A DNA stretch of 52,988 nucleotides from a virus. Its lineage: Duplodnaviria; Caudoviricetes. Numbering within the stretch: the first letter of the stretch is position 1; each line of letters begins with the position of its first letter. The stretch is taken from positions 1 to 52,988 of IMG/VR virus record IMGVR_UViG_3300046777_001138. One strand, written 5' to 3'. The position numbers and the translations under genes were made by a program. A model generated the notes under the pieces. That model was not told where the DNA came from and searched no databases. It was given only the letters and a program-made list of their open reading frames with translations. Shown here piece by piece: positions 26,157 to 35,317 of this stretch.

Positions 26157-28163
26157 TTATCCTGCAAAGTTAAATTTAAACATACCAAAGAACTCTTCAG
26201 GAGCAGCCATCTTTTTGTTTACATTACCATCTTCTTTGGCCAATCCCAAATTAGGATTGTTTTTATTTTGTTCAAATTCTTTTGCCCATTTATTAGGCAA
26301 ATCATTTTTAAGAATTTGTTCTGCAACTGCTCGCTGAGGGTCGTTAAAGCCTGAAGTTGCCAAATAAGCGTTCTGGACAGCGGTGTTACCTATGTCTGCG
26401 AAACCAGTGAGTTTGGTCGATGTCGCAGCGGCCAGACCTATAGTAGACTTTTGCGTCAATGCCTTCTTTATGGCTTCACCCAAAAACGGAATATAGCTAG
26501 AAAGCTGAATGATCGCCTCACGAAGAGCCCACACAAATCCGTTTATGTAATCAATCATAGATGCAAATCCCTTAAACAATGGGTTAAGCAATGCCATGAT
26601 TAGATCTATGGTTCCCTCTATTGCTCCAAACAATGTACCTAAAACAACCGAAAGAACATTTGTGATAAATGACAGTATGCTTATAAGCGGTTGCGCCAAA
26701 GTAATAACAGATTGAATAAGTTTACCAAGTAACTGCATAGCTGGTCCAAATATGCCAAGCACATAGTCTACCATTGGTGTTATGGCAGAAATAAAGGATG
26801 CCATGGATTCACCAAGTGAAACCATGACTGGGTATAGCCTATCAGCGATTACTCTTGTCAATGGGATAACTGCTTGAAGTGTCAGCGTAGAATACACGCC
26901 TACGACCGCCTCTAGATCACGAAGAACTAGGCTGGCAGCACTAGCAACACCGGGAGCATATGCAGCAGCAGACTTAATTAGACCAGACACCCATTTCTCA
27001 AATATTGCCACGCTGGCTTGAATCGCTGCGTTTAATGCTACCAGACCAGCACCAATAGTAAACACTACTGCACCCGCTGGACCAAACGCTTTGGTTAGCA
27101 TTTTTGAAATAGCGCCGACAATAGCGGCTTTAGACCACGAAAAGCCTTTTTTCTTTCCGTCTTTCGATTCCCCTGTTTCGCTAGACGCATCGCCTCTAAC
27201 TGTCTGATTGGCAAGAGCTTCCATAGCCAATTCAAGTTTGGCCTGATCCTTCTGATACTTCCTACGCTGCTCGTAGTCACTCCGCAAATATTTTTGCTCA
27301 AGCGCATTCAGCTCGTCTTGTTCACGAGATTTCTTTTTCGCTAACGCATTCAGGCCCTTGCGCCATAAAGCAGCAGCTTCAGCTTCCTCTTTTGCAGCAT
27401 TTTCTTTTTCTTTTACTGCGTCTTTTCCAGCCAAATAATCCACACGAGATGGACCATAGGACCACGCCAACTCGTTAGCAGCGGCATCCTCTCGCATCTT
27501 TTGTATTTTATCTAATCCCCGCCTCCACAACGCAGCAGCGGATTTCTCTTGAGCTGCAATTACAAGTTCTTCTTGGGCAGCTTCTTTACTCAATTCCGCT
27601 GCTTTAAACGCTTCAACGTGAGCCTCTTGAGTAGGCTGGTATTGAGTCTGTTGGCTTCGCTGTTTTTCCTTTTCCTTACCAACCAAGTAGTCCACACGAG
27701 ATGGACCAAACGCCATGCCAGCAGCTAGCCCAGCAAGGTCACTCTCTTTTAGTAGCTGAGCAAACTCTTTGTCAAATGCTTTCTGCGATTCAGACCCAAG
27801 TTTAAAGTCTATGCGTGATGGACCGTAGGCCATCCCTGCATCAATGCCTTCCTGAATTGCTTTTTTGGTAGACTGTCGAATATCGTAGTCAAGTTCACGG
27901 TCAATAGCGGAACCCTTCGATCCCCCTCCACCACTTACTTTTCCAGAACCAATCTTTGAGATCAACTTGTCGATAGACGACGACAATGCAGCTACAGCAG
28001 TCTGTAATTGCTGCTGAACAGTTTCAAGCAATCCCAGTTTTGCTGTGGATGCAATTAATTGGGTAGAATTGTCCGTGAGTGCAGCAATAAGCGGAGCCAG
28101 TGCAGCGTCCGAAGACCCTCCACCAGCTCCACCGAGATCCGTTGCTGTTACTGTTCCACTCAT
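26157..28163 (-). CDS. Tail tape measure protein
   Basis: 668 aa; Ala-rich helical N-half, amphipathic C-half; follows the chaperone pair. Confidence 0.85.
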   Translation of the reverse strand: MSGTVTATDLGGAGGGSSDAALAPLIAALTDNSTQLIASTAKLGLLETVQQQLQTAVAALSSSIDKLISKIGSGKVSGGGGSKGSAIDRELDYDIRQSTKKAIQEGIDAGMAYGPSRIDFKLGSESQKAFDKEFAQLLKESDLAGLAAGMAFGPSRVDYLVGKEKEKQRSQQTQYQPTQEAHVEAFKAAELSKEAAQEELVIAAQEKSAAALWRRGLDKIQKMREDAAANELAWSYGPSRVDYLAGKDAVKEKENAAKEEAEAAALWRKGLNALAKKKSREQDELNALEQKYLRSDYEQRRKYQKDQAKLELAMEALANQTVRGDASSETGESKDGKKKGFSWSKAAIVGAISKMLTKAFGPAGAVVFTIGAGLVALNAAIQASVAIFEKWVSGLIKSAAAYAPGVASAASLVLRDLEAVVGVYSTLTLQAVIPLTRVIADRLYPVMVSLGESMASFISAITPMVDYVLGIFGPAMQLLGKLIQSVITLAQPLISILSFITNVLSVVLGTLFGAIEGTIDLIMALLNPLFKGFASMIDYINGFVWALREAIIQLSSYIPFLGEAIKKALTQKSTIGLAAATSTKLTGFADIGNTAVQNAYLATSGFNDPQRAVAEQILKNDLPNKWAKEFEQNKNNPNLGLAKEDGNVNKKMAAPEEFFGMFKFNFAG

Positions 28164-28516
28164 TAACTATACCCTCGTTGTTCGTATTCTGCCCATTGCT
28201 TTTCAATCTTGTCAGCAGGCATACCGAACGCTGAAGCAGTGAAAAAGAACTCAATCTTGATCTTCTCAAGATCCTTCACTTCCCGATACAGTTCAGGGGC
28301 AGGAAGTGGTCTGGGATTACCTTTTGAATCCCTAGGTCTGAAGTAGTGCCCAAAGATCTGTCTATCCGTTAATTTACCAATCTGCTCATATGTCAGATTG
28401 TAAGGTTCTGATATTAGGATAGCATATGTCTGGGCAATGTTCAGAATGTGATGCTGTTTGCTGCGACTGCTGTACGGCCCTGTTACTGCCCCGTCAGAGT
28501 CGCCCTCCAGTTTGGG
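28163..28516 (-). CDS. -1 frame extension of the tail assembly chaperone (gpGT-like; not in ORF track)
   Basis: Open -1 frame PKLEGDS...PYNLTYEQIGKLTDRQIFG...EQRGYS ends at TAA overlapping the TMP ATG. Confidence 0.85.
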   Translation of the reverse strand, partial: PKLEGDSDGAVTGPYSSRSKQHHILNIAQTYAILISEPYNLTYEQIGKLTDRQIFGHYFRPRDSKGNPRPLPAPELYREVKDLEKIKIEFFFTASAFGMPADKIEKQWAEYEQRGYS

Positions 28517-28956
28517 AAGGAGATATCCATGATCAGCCCAATCAACTCAGCGACTTCCTCAGGATGTTCCTGAAGGATCTTACCCCAGTCCTTCACAGGA
28601 ACGCCGGTACAGACATTGAGGACATTGGCAATGCCATCCTCAGTCTTGAACCATTCCTTGAAAGCCTTGGACCCGAATGTATAGAACCCAGTCAGAGCCC
28701 GATCATGGTACACGCCATAAGCGATACCATACTCTTCGTCTGACATGAAATCTTTATCCTTCTTCAGGATGTTCCTAGCTCTAGCCGCCAACACCCCTTC
28801 AAGTTTAGCCTTCGTGTCCTGATCAATGAGAGTGTAGCTGATCTCACGATCACCGATCTTAAACGGCATCGCTCCAGCCGCATTCCCGATATTAGCCCTA
28901 ACGCTTGCGCTAGGCTTAGAACTTGTACTCACGAGGTATGTCCCTTCAAAGTCCAT
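28483..28956 (-). CDS. Tail assembly chaperone (gpG-like)
   Basis: Between tube genes and TMP; contains the slippery site. Confidence 0.75.
   Translation of the reverse strand: MDFEGTYLVSTSSKPSASVRANIGNAAGAMPFKIGDREISYTLIDQDTKAKLEGVLAARARNILKKDKDFMSDEEYGIAYGVYHDRALTGFYTFGSKAFKEWFKTEDGIANVLNVCTGVPVKDWGKILQEHPEEVAELIGLIMDISFPNWRATLTGQ
28510..28516 (-). other. Programmed -1 frameshift slippery site C CCA AAC
   Basis: In-phase X XXY YYZ heptamer shortly before the chaperone stop. Confidence 0.85.
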
Positions 28957-29495
28957 GGATAATTATTTAGGAATGGATTCTTTGGCGTAATCTTGTTACC
29001 CGTTGTATCCACCCATCCACTATAAACAGGATCTGAACTACCGATATCAAACGACCAATCTATTTTTGCAGAAACACTAATTCCATACGAAGTAGTGATA
29101 GAGTTGGCATAGTCCATCTTGGACACAATGACTGGAATTTTACACATCAACACATCACTATCCAATGACAATCGAAGTTTCCACCATAACGGGCATCCTA
29201 GATATAACCCAGGATTTCCATTACGAGGTACAAGCCCATTCAGGATTATTTCTCCTGCGGGCATTGTAGGATACCAACCTTCACCCCTTGAACTAGGCAT
29301 GTTGCGTTCAAGCATAGTCATGCTCAGCGCAATCGTCCAGTCCTTGAATGTCATGAAGTTATTATCAAGCGTTGGCTCAGGAAACGCTAATGGGTCCGAC
29401 TCATTGAAAATCTGGCTACCACACGGCTTGGGGTACTCACGGGTTTCCATGAGTACCGAGCCTTGTTTGCCAGACCACATCGTCGGAGAAGCCAT
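28929..29495 (-). CDS. Tail-tube-like paralogue 3
   Basis: WSGKQGSVL...KDWTI, shared with the two upstream genes. Confidence 0.5.
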   Translation of the reverse strand: MASPTMWSGKQGSVLMETREYPKPCGSQIFNESDPLAFPEPTLDNNFMTFKDWTIALSMTMLERNMPSSRGEGWYPTMPAGEIILNGLVPRNGNPGLYLGCPLWWKLRLSLDSDVLMCKIPVIVSKMDYANSITTSYGISVSAKIDWSFDIGSSDPVYSGWVDTTGNKITPKNPFLNNYPWTLKGHTS

Positions 29496-29498
29496 TGA

Positions 29499-29894
29499 TT
29501 ACACCTCTTGGCTGGTCAGACTCGTACACGAGATCGAGAGTTCAGTCATGGCCTTGATGTCGTTATTACGGCCATTGTCCGTGATACGCATCTTCCGTTC
29601 CATGACAGTCAGACCAGAATTGACCATCAGTTTTACAGTTACCACAGCGCCGACAGACATAGCTGTCGAGGTCACCAAGGCAGTAGGACGGACATTGAAA
29701 GTCACATTGTAACGCCCAATACCCGCAAGCATTTGTTGCTGTGCAAAGGTATCAACGCCAGCCCTAGACATGAAGGTAGTGGCATCAAGTTCGTCCACTT
29801 CCTCGTCATAGGTCCAGTCATACGCTGGAATCTCAGTACCTGCGACGAGTACAGAGCCATACTTACCGGATAGTCCGGGACTTGTTGCAGCCAT
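29499..29894 (-). CDS. Tail-tube-like paralogue 2
   Basis: LSGKYGSVL...DWTYDEEVDELDATTF...LAGI. Confidence 0.7.
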   Translation of the reverse strand: MAATSPGLSGKYGSVLVAGTEIPAYDWTYDEEVDELDATTFMSRAGVDTFAQQQMLAGIGRYNVTFNVRPTALVTSTAMSVGAVVTVKLMVNSGLTVMERKMRITDNGRNNDIKAMTELSISCTSLTSQEV

Positions 29895-29905
29895 AGAATT
29901 ACTCC

Positions 29906-30283
29906 TTAAGCGTCGTCAGAGGTAGTGGTTTTACCGGAAAGTTCAAACTCATAGGTTCCGTCTACAGACAACTTTTTGTTGATCTTGGAGATCATCACAT
30001 AGTCCGTAGCCCAGACGATAGGAGTCGTACCCGATCCAAGTTCAACAGTAACTACAGTGCCAGTAGTAGGCAGGGTAGTAGCCACGAGCATTGGACCTGA
30101 TATCGTGTATGATCCACGCCGAATACCATCGATGTTATCCTGCATACCACCCGTACAAAAGTTGGTGGTATCAAGGGCATCAGCGGTATCGTCAATCTTC
30201 CAGTTGTTTGCACACAAGGTAATAGGGGATCCACCAACAGTATTCTTGTAGGTGACATACCCCGTTTTTCCGGCGATAGCCAT
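29906..30283 (-). CDS. Major tail tube protein
   Basis: IAGKTGYV...NWKIDDTADALDTTNF...IDGIR; follows the tail terminator. Confidence 0.75.
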   Translation of the reverse strand: MAIAGKTGYVTYKNTVGGSPITLCANNWKIDDTADALDTTNFCTGGMQDNIDGIRRGSYTISGPMLVATTLPTTGTVVTVELGSGTTPIVWATDYVMISKINKKLSVDGTYEFELSGKTTTSDDA

Positions 30284-30294
30284 GTGTAGACTCC

Positions 30295-30756
30295 TTAGGT
30301 AGGTCTTGCTTCAGATGTGGTAACATACATCCGTACATTGGATGCTTGGTAGTTTGATCCCGTCCCTGAGATGGGAATCGTCAGCGGTGTACCGATGGTC
30401 ACATCTATATCCCAGACCTCAGAGATTGAACCAAGTGGGCTACCACTGCGTTTTAGCAACAAGGCATTACGGATAGTCTCTCGTGTCGTCAGCGACGATT
30501 GTAGACCGGTTTCATACTCACGGTTACCAGCTTCTACGAGGCAGATACCGATTGGGTATGTCCAGAACAATCCGCCGAAGAAACCATCTTTTGATGTTTC
30601 CCCCTCGGTAGGACCAACCAAGATCATTGGTAAATCATCACCGGGAAGGATAACCAATTTCTTCCTCGCCACAATCGTACCCGGCAACGCTGGGCTAACA
30701 GCCTGAAGCCTAGCTACTGTAGCACTCAGAATCTGGCCTAGCAGGCTATCGCTCAC
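30295..30756 (-). CDS. Tail terminator / neck protein
   Basis: Position and size; DLPMILV motif. Confidence 0.6.
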   Translation of the reverse strand: MSDSLLGQILSATVARLQAVSPALPGTIVARKKLVILPGDDLPMILVGPTEGETSKDGFFGGLFWTYPIGICLVEAGNREYETGLQSSLTTRETIRNALLLKRSGSPLGSISEVWDIDVTIGTPLTIPISGTGSNYQASNVRMYVTTSEARPT

Positions 30757-31094
30757 AGCGTTTCTCCTGCATCCACGATGCCTGTAATAACCCAGCGATT
30801 AGACCAACTGGTTTCCACATTACCAAGGATCCGGTAAGTCCTGCCAGTATCCTCATCTACGATCTTGCCGTTAGCCTCAGGAGCGTAGCCTAGTTCGTTC
30901 TTGAAGATACAGAACTTGGTTCCTACCGTTGGAACACTTGTACCGGCTACCGATGCAGGAACCTGAGTCGCTGGGTAACGCTTGACATTCTCAATGGTTA
31001 CTTCTGTTCTCGGCGTAGAAAAAGGTGTATAGGTAAGCGTAATCAAGTTGTCAAAGACAAGGTAGTCGTCAGTAATATCGAGAGAATCTGACAT
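30753..31094 (-). CDS. Head-closure (FII-like) protein
   Basis: Position; ELGYAPEANGKIVD...TYRI. Confidence 0.6.
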   Translation of the reverse strand: MSDSLDITDDYLVFDNLITLTYTPFSTPRTEVTIENVKRYPATQVPASVAGTSVPTVGTKFCIFKNELGYAPEANGKIVDEDTGRTYRILGNVETSWSNRWVITGIVDAGETL

Positions 31095-31534
31095 TACAGT
31101 TCTATCATCTCGTATGGGTGATTTGAAACAGTATACCCGCCGACACCGAACACCTTGTCCAACTCAGCCCTTGTATCGTTTTCGTTTAGGAAATCGAAAG
31201 GGCCCTTGCGTTCTTTTTCGTTTGCAAGGAACTCGCCATAGTCGAAGTCATTTCCGAACCATTGACCATGTGAGTGAGGCGTGTAGCCTAGTTTTATACC
31301 GCCGTCAATGATCTGGTAGGCTACTGACTTTTGGAGATCACCAGTGACCAAGTGAGGGTAATCGCCGGGAACTGAAGGATTCTTGTTGTTAGGGTTCACA
31401 ACTCCAAGTTTATCCCGAAGATCCTTAACCAGCTGATCACCTAATTCCTTCAGGCGAGAGATCGGAACTATCAGCCCCTGACCTCTCTTGCCTTTCGCAG
31501 CGATAGACGCAAACAACATCGCTGCTTCACGCAT
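31094..31534 (-). CDS. Neck / tail-completion protein (HK97 gp10-like)
   Basis: PSVPGDYPHLVTGDLQKSV...YGEFL. Confidence 0.65.
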   Translation of the reverse strand: MREAAMLFASIAAKGKRGQGLIVPISRLKELGDQLVKDLRDKLGVVNPNNKNPSVPGDYPHLVTGDLQKSVAYQIIDGGIKLGYTPHSHGQWFGNDFDYGEFLANEKERKGPFDFLNENDTRAELDKVFGVGGYTVSNHPYEMIEL

Positions 31535-31854
31535 TAGACAGCCGCAAACCTGTAAGTCAAGTGACCACCACAGTTCGCAGTAGCCGAAGAGTTAAGAACT
31601 AAGTTCTCACCATCAGCACACTTAAGAACACCAAACTCGTCCATGTAAGTGCCTGAAGACATTACAGGAGAAATACCGCCGGATGCCACTACGGGCATTG
31701 GACCAGTAAGATCCGTAGACCCAGACTTCCACTTAAGCGTAGTATCCGCCGAAACGAGTACCGTATAACCAAGGACAACAATACGCTTCCCAGAGATACC
31801 GGTGACAACCGTAGTGTCCCCAGAAGCAGTAGTAGAAATCTTTGCGTACAACAT
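31534..31854 (-). CDS. Hypothetical virion protein
   Basis: Coupled ORF in the head-tail region. Confidence 0.65.
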   Translation of the reverse strand: MLYAKISTTASGDTTVVTGISGKRIVVLGYTVLVSADTTLKWKSGSTDLTGPMPVVASGGISPVMSSGTYMDEFGVLKCADGENLVLNSSATANCGGHLTYRFAAV

Positions 31855-32081
31855 TAGTAAGTAATCCCCCGAGTGTACTTGACGATAGGGCCCTGAAGTT
31901 TCATCTGTATCCGGCGCAACTCATCCAATTGCTGACAAAGCATTCGGAAGTATTCTGTCCATTCTACCCGCTGGCCGTCCACTTCATACGATGGCTTTGG
32001 GTTTACCGACAACTCTGCGATTTTACCCGATAAGTTGTCGATAGCAATTTGGACATTAGTTGCTGCCTGATCAGTTGCCAT
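31854..32081 (-). CDS. Head-tail adaptor (gpW-like)
   Basis: Helix, then PSYEVDGQRVEW hairpin, then helix. Confidence 0.65.
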   Translation of the reverse strand: MATDQAATNVQIAIDNLSGKIAELSVNPKPSYEVDGQRVEWTEYFRMLCQQLDELRRIQMKLQGPIVKYTRGITY

Positions 32082-32271
32082 CAGTTACCTCTTTGATCGT
32101 ATAGGCCCTGTAAGGGCGATCAGGCGACAGGTTAAACTCAATCCGGTAATTTTCTAGTGCTACTTCAGGATTTGCTACCTGATACTCAACCACAGGGAGA
32201 TTAGGGTAGCTGACCGCATAGGTCTTGATCTTTGGGTTTCCCATCTTGATTATGATCGACTTCGACATCAC
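32071..32271 (-). CDS. Small hypothetical protein
   Basis: RBS GAGGTG; follows the capsid terminator. Confidence 0.6.
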   Translation of the reverse strand: MMSKSIIIKMGNPKIKTYAVSYPNLPVVEYQVANPEVALENYRIEFNLSPDRPYRAYTIKEVTDGN

Positions 32272-32293
32272 TCACCTCATTATAAGCCTTGTG

Positions 32294-32327
32294 GAAAGAA
32301 TCCCCCGGGTTTTTTAGGCCCGGGGAT
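32294..32327 (-). terminator. Probable intrinsic terminator after the major capsid gene
   Basis: ATCCCCGGG...CCCGGGGGAT stem followed by TCTTT on the - strand. Confidence 0.65.
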
Positions 32328-32344
32328 AAGCCTACCTGCTACGA

Positions 32345-33715
32345 TTAGGACGCAGCAGAGGTCTGTTTGGCGGTGTGCCAAGGTGACAACACAGCGGGAA
32401 TACCTTTTTCAGCACCGAAGTAGCTGGCAACGAGTCCATTGTCAACCATGCTGTAGCTGGCAGGTGCAGCCTGTTGGATGGTAAGCGGGAACGCTTGCAT
32501 GTACGCAAATGCTTTCGTGGTATCGGTGAGGAACCAAGTCGCAGTTGCCTGAGCCGTGGTGTATCCACCAGTGACCAACTCTTGCTCAAGCAAGGGGCTG
32601 GTAAGGACCTTGTACGAACCGAAGTTCGACACAGGGTTACCCGCACCGCTGTTGACATACAGAGGGTTAGCCGAAGACTGAGCGCCACCAGTACGGAACT
32701 GGGTGGTGAGCGAGTCAAGGATAAGGTTGGCGGTAGCCAGCTTGCCGGGACACACAACCAGAGTGGTTGGGTTGACCAAGATGCGCTTGCCAGTATCAGG
32801 ATCGGTAAACCGACTGAAAGCAAGGTAAGCAGTCTGGATCGAGGTCCAGTCGTAGAGAGGGTTTGCGTCGGAAACAACAAGGTTACCAGCGTAACCGAGG
32901 GTGTTACCAGCAGCAGCGACGTAAGTGTTATACGCAGTACCCTTCCAATTGAAGGCATTGCTTACACCAGAGAACATCTGAAGCTGCTCAAGTTCCTTAC
33001 GGTAACCGAGTTCTTCACCGATGCTCATGGCATTGGAGAGGATATCGCCAGTCAAATCGTAGAAAACAGCTTCCTTGGTCACATCAATGGCCAAAGCGTT
33101 TTCACGAAGTTCCGGAGTTTGGATCCAGCGTTCCCCGAACTGAGTGCGAGGATGAGGCTGACCGGGTTGACGACGAGCAGCACGGTCACCAATGGGGTTG
33201 AGCCCAATGATTTTCTGACCGTTCAGCTTGGTAGGAATGGTCTTCATCAACTGGTCACCGATGAACGATGGGTTATTAAACCCTTCGAGCATCTTGACTT
33301 CGATCAAACCACCGGTCAGGATCGAGTAGGCGTTGATGTTGATGAACGCTGAGGGATCGAGACCGATACCCGTCGATTCAAAGATCGCATTCTGATTGCC
33401 ACCGCTGGCAGCAGTAATGTGGTTCTTCGCCCGGACATATTTGGCGTAAGTCTCACCGTTGATAGGGTCCAGCATGGCCAGACCTTCAGATCCAAGAATA
33501 CTTTCAGCTACCTCACGGAGACTGAAATTATCAGCAAACAGCTGACGATTAGGATCCAGCTTGCGGTTACCATTGGCATCTTTGTGATCGTTGCCGTTGG
33601 CATCGCACAATCCAAGCCCATGGCGCATTTGGGTAACAAAACTTTGTACCCCTTTCCCGCCACTACGGCTGCAACTTTCGTAAGCATCCCGAAGAACAAA
33701 CTTATTGATAGACAT
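32345..33715 (-). CDS. Major capsid protein
   Basis: 456 aa; strong RBS; downstream of protease and decoration genes; LVVCPG and WFL motifs of the Mu gpT/HK97 type. Confidence 0.85.
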   Translation of the reverse strand: MSINKFVLRDAYESCSRSGGKGVQSFVTQMRHGLGLCDANGNDHKDANGNRKLDPNRQLFADNFSLREVAESILGSEGLAMLDPINGETYAKYVRAKNHITAASGGNQNAIFESTGIGLDPSAFININAYSILTGGLIEVKMLEGFNNPSFIGDQLMKTIPTKLNGQKIIGLNPIGDRAARRQPGQPHPRTQFGERWIQTPELRENALAIDVTKEAVFYDLTGDILSNAMSIGEELGYRKELEQLQMFSGVSNAFNWKGTAYNTYVAAAGNTLGYAGNLVVSDANPLYDWTSIQTAYLAFSRFTDPDTGKRILVNPTTLVVCPGKLATANLILDSLTTQFRTGGAQSSANPLYVNSGAGNPVSNFGSYKVLTSPLLEQELVTGGYTTAQATATWFLTDTTKAFAYMQAFPLTIQQAAPASYSMVDNGLVASYFGAEKGIPAVLSPWHTAKQTSAAS

Positions 33716-33748
33716 GAAATCTCCTTATGACTGTTTGGCTACTCAGGG

Positions 33749-34258
33749 TTAGGGGATGGCATCGGCTGCACGAAGAGCCGAGAACTTGCCAACAAGACGG
33801 ACACGGAGAGATTCCGTACCGGACCCAACCTTGGGTTGGAGAAGTTGACCGATGACGCTACCAGAGGTAGAGCCGATGGCAACAGTGCTGTCAGAACCGA
33901 CTACGCCGACAACAGTAGAACCAACTACCGAAGCAGCACCGGTTACCGACGCCATGTAGATCGCCGACAAAGCGATGACAATACCGTCAGTACCAGTAGG
34001 ATAACCGGGAGTACCCGCAGAAGAGTCGGTAGCAAGTTTACCCTGCATCGACACACCACAGAAACTAGCACCGATGTAAGCCACGGTATCAGAGATACCA
34101 GCGGTTCCCTTGCTGACAGGCTCAACCTTCCCCGTAGCAGGATCGAAACACATGAGATCACCGGGGTTGATTGCAGTCGAAGCAATCGCCGGAAGACTCA
34201 GGGTCTCATATACTTCAGGGGGAAGACAAAAACGCCATCCGTTCGCATTCGTACTCAT
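33749..34258 (-). CDS. Head decoration / cement protein
   Basis: AINPGDLM...FCGVS; Gly/Val/Ser-rich; just upstream of the capsid gene. Confidence 0.7.
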   Translation of the reverse strand: MSTNANGWRFCLPPEVYETLSLPAIASTAINPGDLMCFDPATGKVEPVSKGTAGISDTVAYIGASFCGVSMQGKLATDSSAGTPGYPTGTDGIVIALSAIYMASVTGAASVVGSTVVGVVGSDSTVAIGSTSGSVIGQLLQPKVGSGTESLRVRLVGKFSALRAADAIP

Positions 34259-34271
34259 GTGGTCTCCTTAG

Positions 34272-35303
34272 TTAGCTGCGAAGAGCAGCGAAGTCGATCT
34301 TGTAAGGCTGACTCGGAGCGCCTACCGAACCAGTGACAGGCTTCTCAACGGATTCCGCCAAAGCCATCTTCTTAATCAATGCCACGGCTGAAGACCTTGG
34401 TACGGCACCAAGACTTTCCATGACAGCCTTTTCGAGTTTCACACCAGCGACATCGCAGAGATGCTCGATCTCCGAGAGACTGTTGGAAGATTCCGCAACC
34501 GCTGGAGCAGGTGCAGGAGTTTCTACCTTCTGAGCAACAACCGTGGATTCCGCCACGGGAGCCGCAACAGTTTGTTCGACGACAGGTTCTGCCATTGCAG
34601 ACTCCTTGTGAACGGGATCAACAAAGGAAAAACTCTCGGAGGCAGATCCCTTCTCCTCTTTCGAGCTTGACTTGTCATCGGTATCGGATCCAGATTCGTT
34701 ATCCGTAATACCGTATTCCTCGGCAACAGCCTTGAGCTTGTCACCGTATTCCATGTCCTTGTTCGATGACAACGAAGACATCTTTTTGCACTTGGCACAC
34801 TCACCGACTACATGGCTCATGGACTCGTGCATAGCTTCGGTAGTAGCAGGAGCGCCGACAAGATCAACTGAAATTACTTTGTCGATCTCTTGAGCCTCTT
34901 GCACACCACCTACAGACTTCCATTTACAGATGGCATAATGAGAGAACCCCATGGTATGCGGCATCTTCTCAGCGGTCTCCATTACCTTGGAAGATATTGG
35001 ATCCGACAACAGCAACTGAAAGTCACCGTAGATACCTTCACCGACCACATAGCGAACATTGATGATCTGACCAAGACGGTCATTTACATCACGATCAACC
35101 GGATTTTCCCGGTCATGGTTTCGGTTGACCACTGCGTTTTCATACTTGTGGAAACCTTCCCGCATCGCTTTGTCAGAATATCGCCGACCGTTCTTGGATA
35201 CTGGACCCAAGATCTTGATATTCCTTATGATACCTTCTTTCTTGTCTACGACAAGTTTAGAGAAGGACGTTGATTCATGTACTTCAGATAGATTACTAGA
35301 CAT
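34272..35303 (-). CDS. Prohead protease / scaffold fusion
   Basis: SKNGRRYS, NRNHD, MGFSH, SVDLVGAPAT; low-complexity C-half. Confidence 0.85.
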   Translation of the reverse strand: MSSNLSEVHESTSFSKLVVDKKEGIIRNIKILGPVSKNGRRYSDKAMREGFHKYENAVVNRNHDRENPVDRDVNDRLGQIINVRYVVGEGIYGDFQLLLSDPISSKVMETAEKMPHTMGFSHYAICKWKSVGGVQEAQEIDKVISVDLVGAPATTEAMHESMSHVVGECAKCKKMSSLSSNKDMEYGDKLKAVAEEYGITDNESGSDTDDKSSSKEEKGSASESFSFVDPVHKESAMAEPVVEQTVAAPVAESTVVAQKVETPAPAPAVAESSNSLSEIEHLCDVAGVKLEKAVMESLGAVPRSSAVALIKKMALAESVEKPVTGSVGAPSQPYKIDFAALRS

Positions 35304-35317
35304 GCTACATTATACTC

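Noticed and set aside
32332-33352. Long alternative ORFs (32332..32958 - and 32474..33352 +) over the capsid gene
   Set aside because: Explained by the codon bias of a highly expressed gene; no recognisable features
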